Part shown: piece by piece, positions 62,599 through 64,000 of the stretch
Numbering within the stretch: the stretch's first letter is position 1
Layout of the letters: each line of letters opens with the position of its first letter
Assembly (NCBI GenBank): GCA_027484125.1
Contig: JAIXUI010000040.1
Location: 1,426-65,425 of the forward strand
Direction: 5' to 3'
DNA: 64,000 nt
From: Bacteroidota bacterium
GTDB taxonomy: Bacteria > Bacteroidota > Bacteroidia > UBA7662 > JAIXUI01
Position numbers and translations under genes: made by a program
The notes under the pieces: model-generated
Seen by the model: only the letters and a program-made list of their open reading frames with translations
What the model was told of the DNA's origin: nothing
Database searches by the model: none

Positions 62599-64000
62599 AT
62601 GTTGAAAAAAGCGTTGTCCCTGTTGGTGCTCAGCATGGCCTGTTTGATGGCTCAAGCAGAAATCCGTTATACCCTTTCGATGCCGCAGCCTCATACCCAT
62701 TATTATGAGGTGGAAATGCAGTTTGACTCCAAAACAAAAACCACCGAAATCCAAATGCCGGTTTGGGCGCCGGGTTCATACCTGGTCCGTGAGTTTGCTC
62801 GTTTTGTAGAAGAAGTTCAAGTAACGGTGAATGGCCAAGAGGTAGCCGTAAGAAAAACCGATAAAAGCACTTGGCAATTCAGCGGAACCGGCCAAGTTAA
62901 GGCTAACTACCGCGTGTATGCTTTTGAGTTAAGTGTGCGAAGCTCCTTTTTGGATAGTCGCCATGCTTACATCAACGGCACTTCCGTTTTTATGCTGGTA
63001 AAAGGCCGTGTGAAAGAAAACATCAGCCTGAGTATTCGCAAACCAGACTCCTTCAAAACCATCAGCACCTCTTTGGAAAAAACCAACGACGGACGCTATA
63101 CCGCGCCTGATTACGATGTTTTTGCAGATAGTCCCATCGAAATCGGCAATCATCAGACTTTTAAATTCCAGGCCGCCGGGGTTGAGCATGAGTTTGCGAT
63201 GTACGGAGAAGCCTACTGGGACGAAGCCAAACTGAAGCGAGATGTTACCAAAATCGTAGAAGAAGCAACTAAAGTCTTCGGCTCACACCCTTGCAAATAC
63301 TACCTCTTTATTGTCCATCATATTCCTAATGGCGGCGGCGGACTAGAACACCTGAATTCTACCACCCTGCAAACGAATCCGGAAGCCTACCTGTCCGAAT
63401 CTGGCTATAGGGGATTTTTAGGGCTGGTAGCGCACGAATATTTCCACTTATGGAACGTAAAACGCCTGCGCCCTATCGCTTTAGGCCCCTTCGATTACGG
63501 TCAAGAAAACTACACCCACGGTCTTTGGATTTCAGAAGGATTTACCAGCTATTACGACAATTTGCTGCTTCGCCGTGCCGGGCTGATGACCGAGAGCCAA
63601 ATGCTAGCTTCTGTCGTGAGCGATGCCACCTACCTTATCAACCTCCCCGGCGACCGCATTCAGTCTGCCGCAGAATCCAGCTTCGATGCGTGGATTAAGT
63701 ACTACAGAACGACTGAGAATAGCCAGAACAACAGCGTTTCTTATTACACCAAAGGTGGTTATCTCGCCTTCTGGCTCGACACAGAAATACTCCGACTAAC
63801 ACAAGGAAAGAAAAGACTTGACGATGTATTGAAAAACCTTTACGAACGCTATGCCATACAGCTCAAGCGTGGATTTACCGACAAAGAATTCGAAGATGAA
63901 GTGGTGAAAGTGGGTGGTGAAAGCTTGAGAAGCTTCTTCAAAGACCATGTATTTGGAACTAAACCCATCGACCATGTTGGGCACTTTCAGAAATTGGGCG
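62599..64000 (+). CDS. M61 glycyl aminopeptidase family metallopeptidase (runs off window end)
   Basis: Not in ORF track. From ATG 62599: MLKKALSLLVLSMACLMAQAEIRY...MPVWAPGSYLVREF...DSPIEIG...GGGLEHLNST...AHEYFHLWNVKRLRP...LWISEGFTSYY...SYYTKG. Confidence 0.93.
   Translation, partial: MLKKALSLLVLSMACLMAQAEIRYTLSMPQPHTHYYEVEMQFDSKTKTTEIQMPVWAPGSYLVREFARFVEEVQVTVNGQEVAVRKTDKSTWQFSGTGQVKANYRVYAFELSVRSSFLDSRHAYINGTSVFMLVKGRVKENISLSIRKPDSFKTISTSLEKTNDGRYTAPDYDVFADSPIEIGNHQTFKFQAAGVEHEFAMYGEAYWDEAKLKRDVTKIVEEATKVFGSHPCKYYLFIVHHIPNGGGGLEHLNSTTLQTNPEAYLSESGYRGFLGLVAHEYFHLWNVKRLRPIALGPFDYGQENYTHGLWISEGFTSYYDNLLLRRAGLMTESQMLASVVSDATYLINLPGDRIQSAAESSFDAWIKYYRTTENSQNNSVSYYTKGGYLAFWLDTEILRLTQGKKRLDDVLKNLYERYAIQLKRGFTDKEFEDEVVKVGGESLRSFFKDHVFGTKPIDHVGHFQKLG

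Overview
Core-chromosome segment of a Bacteroidota bacterium. The assignment rests on TAnnTTTG -7 promoter boxes, T9SS C-terminal sorting domains, a long Bacteroidota-type SecA, type III glutamine synthetase and a eukaryote-like class Ia RNR small subunit. It holds about 50 mostly housekeeping CDS (deoC, secA, lipA, nrdB, mnmG, queG, glnA/GSIII, hemE, prs-rplY-pth, gpsA, peptidases, rhomboids), one tRNA-Ile2(CAT) and several orphan membrane sensors. I found no IS, integrase, prophage or CRISPR array. Best leads: (1) an unannotated ~90-nt small RNA with its own promoter, nested stems, an AGGAGG-containing loop and a terminator (24826-24915, minus). (2) A coupled operon of lipoprotein c-type cytochromes with non-canonical CX4CH motifs, YceI, an outer-membrane barrel, a metal-less amidohydrolase and thioredoxin. 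(3) A probable strand-composition switch at the 6.6-7.05 kb intergenic region, which is rich in degenerate DnaA-box-like motifs (oriC candidate with apparently inverted skew, or a terminus). (4) A CheB/pseudo-CheR/PAS kinase. (5) A SigR/RsrA-like sigma/anti-sigma pair. Product calls come from motif recognition only; no searches were run.
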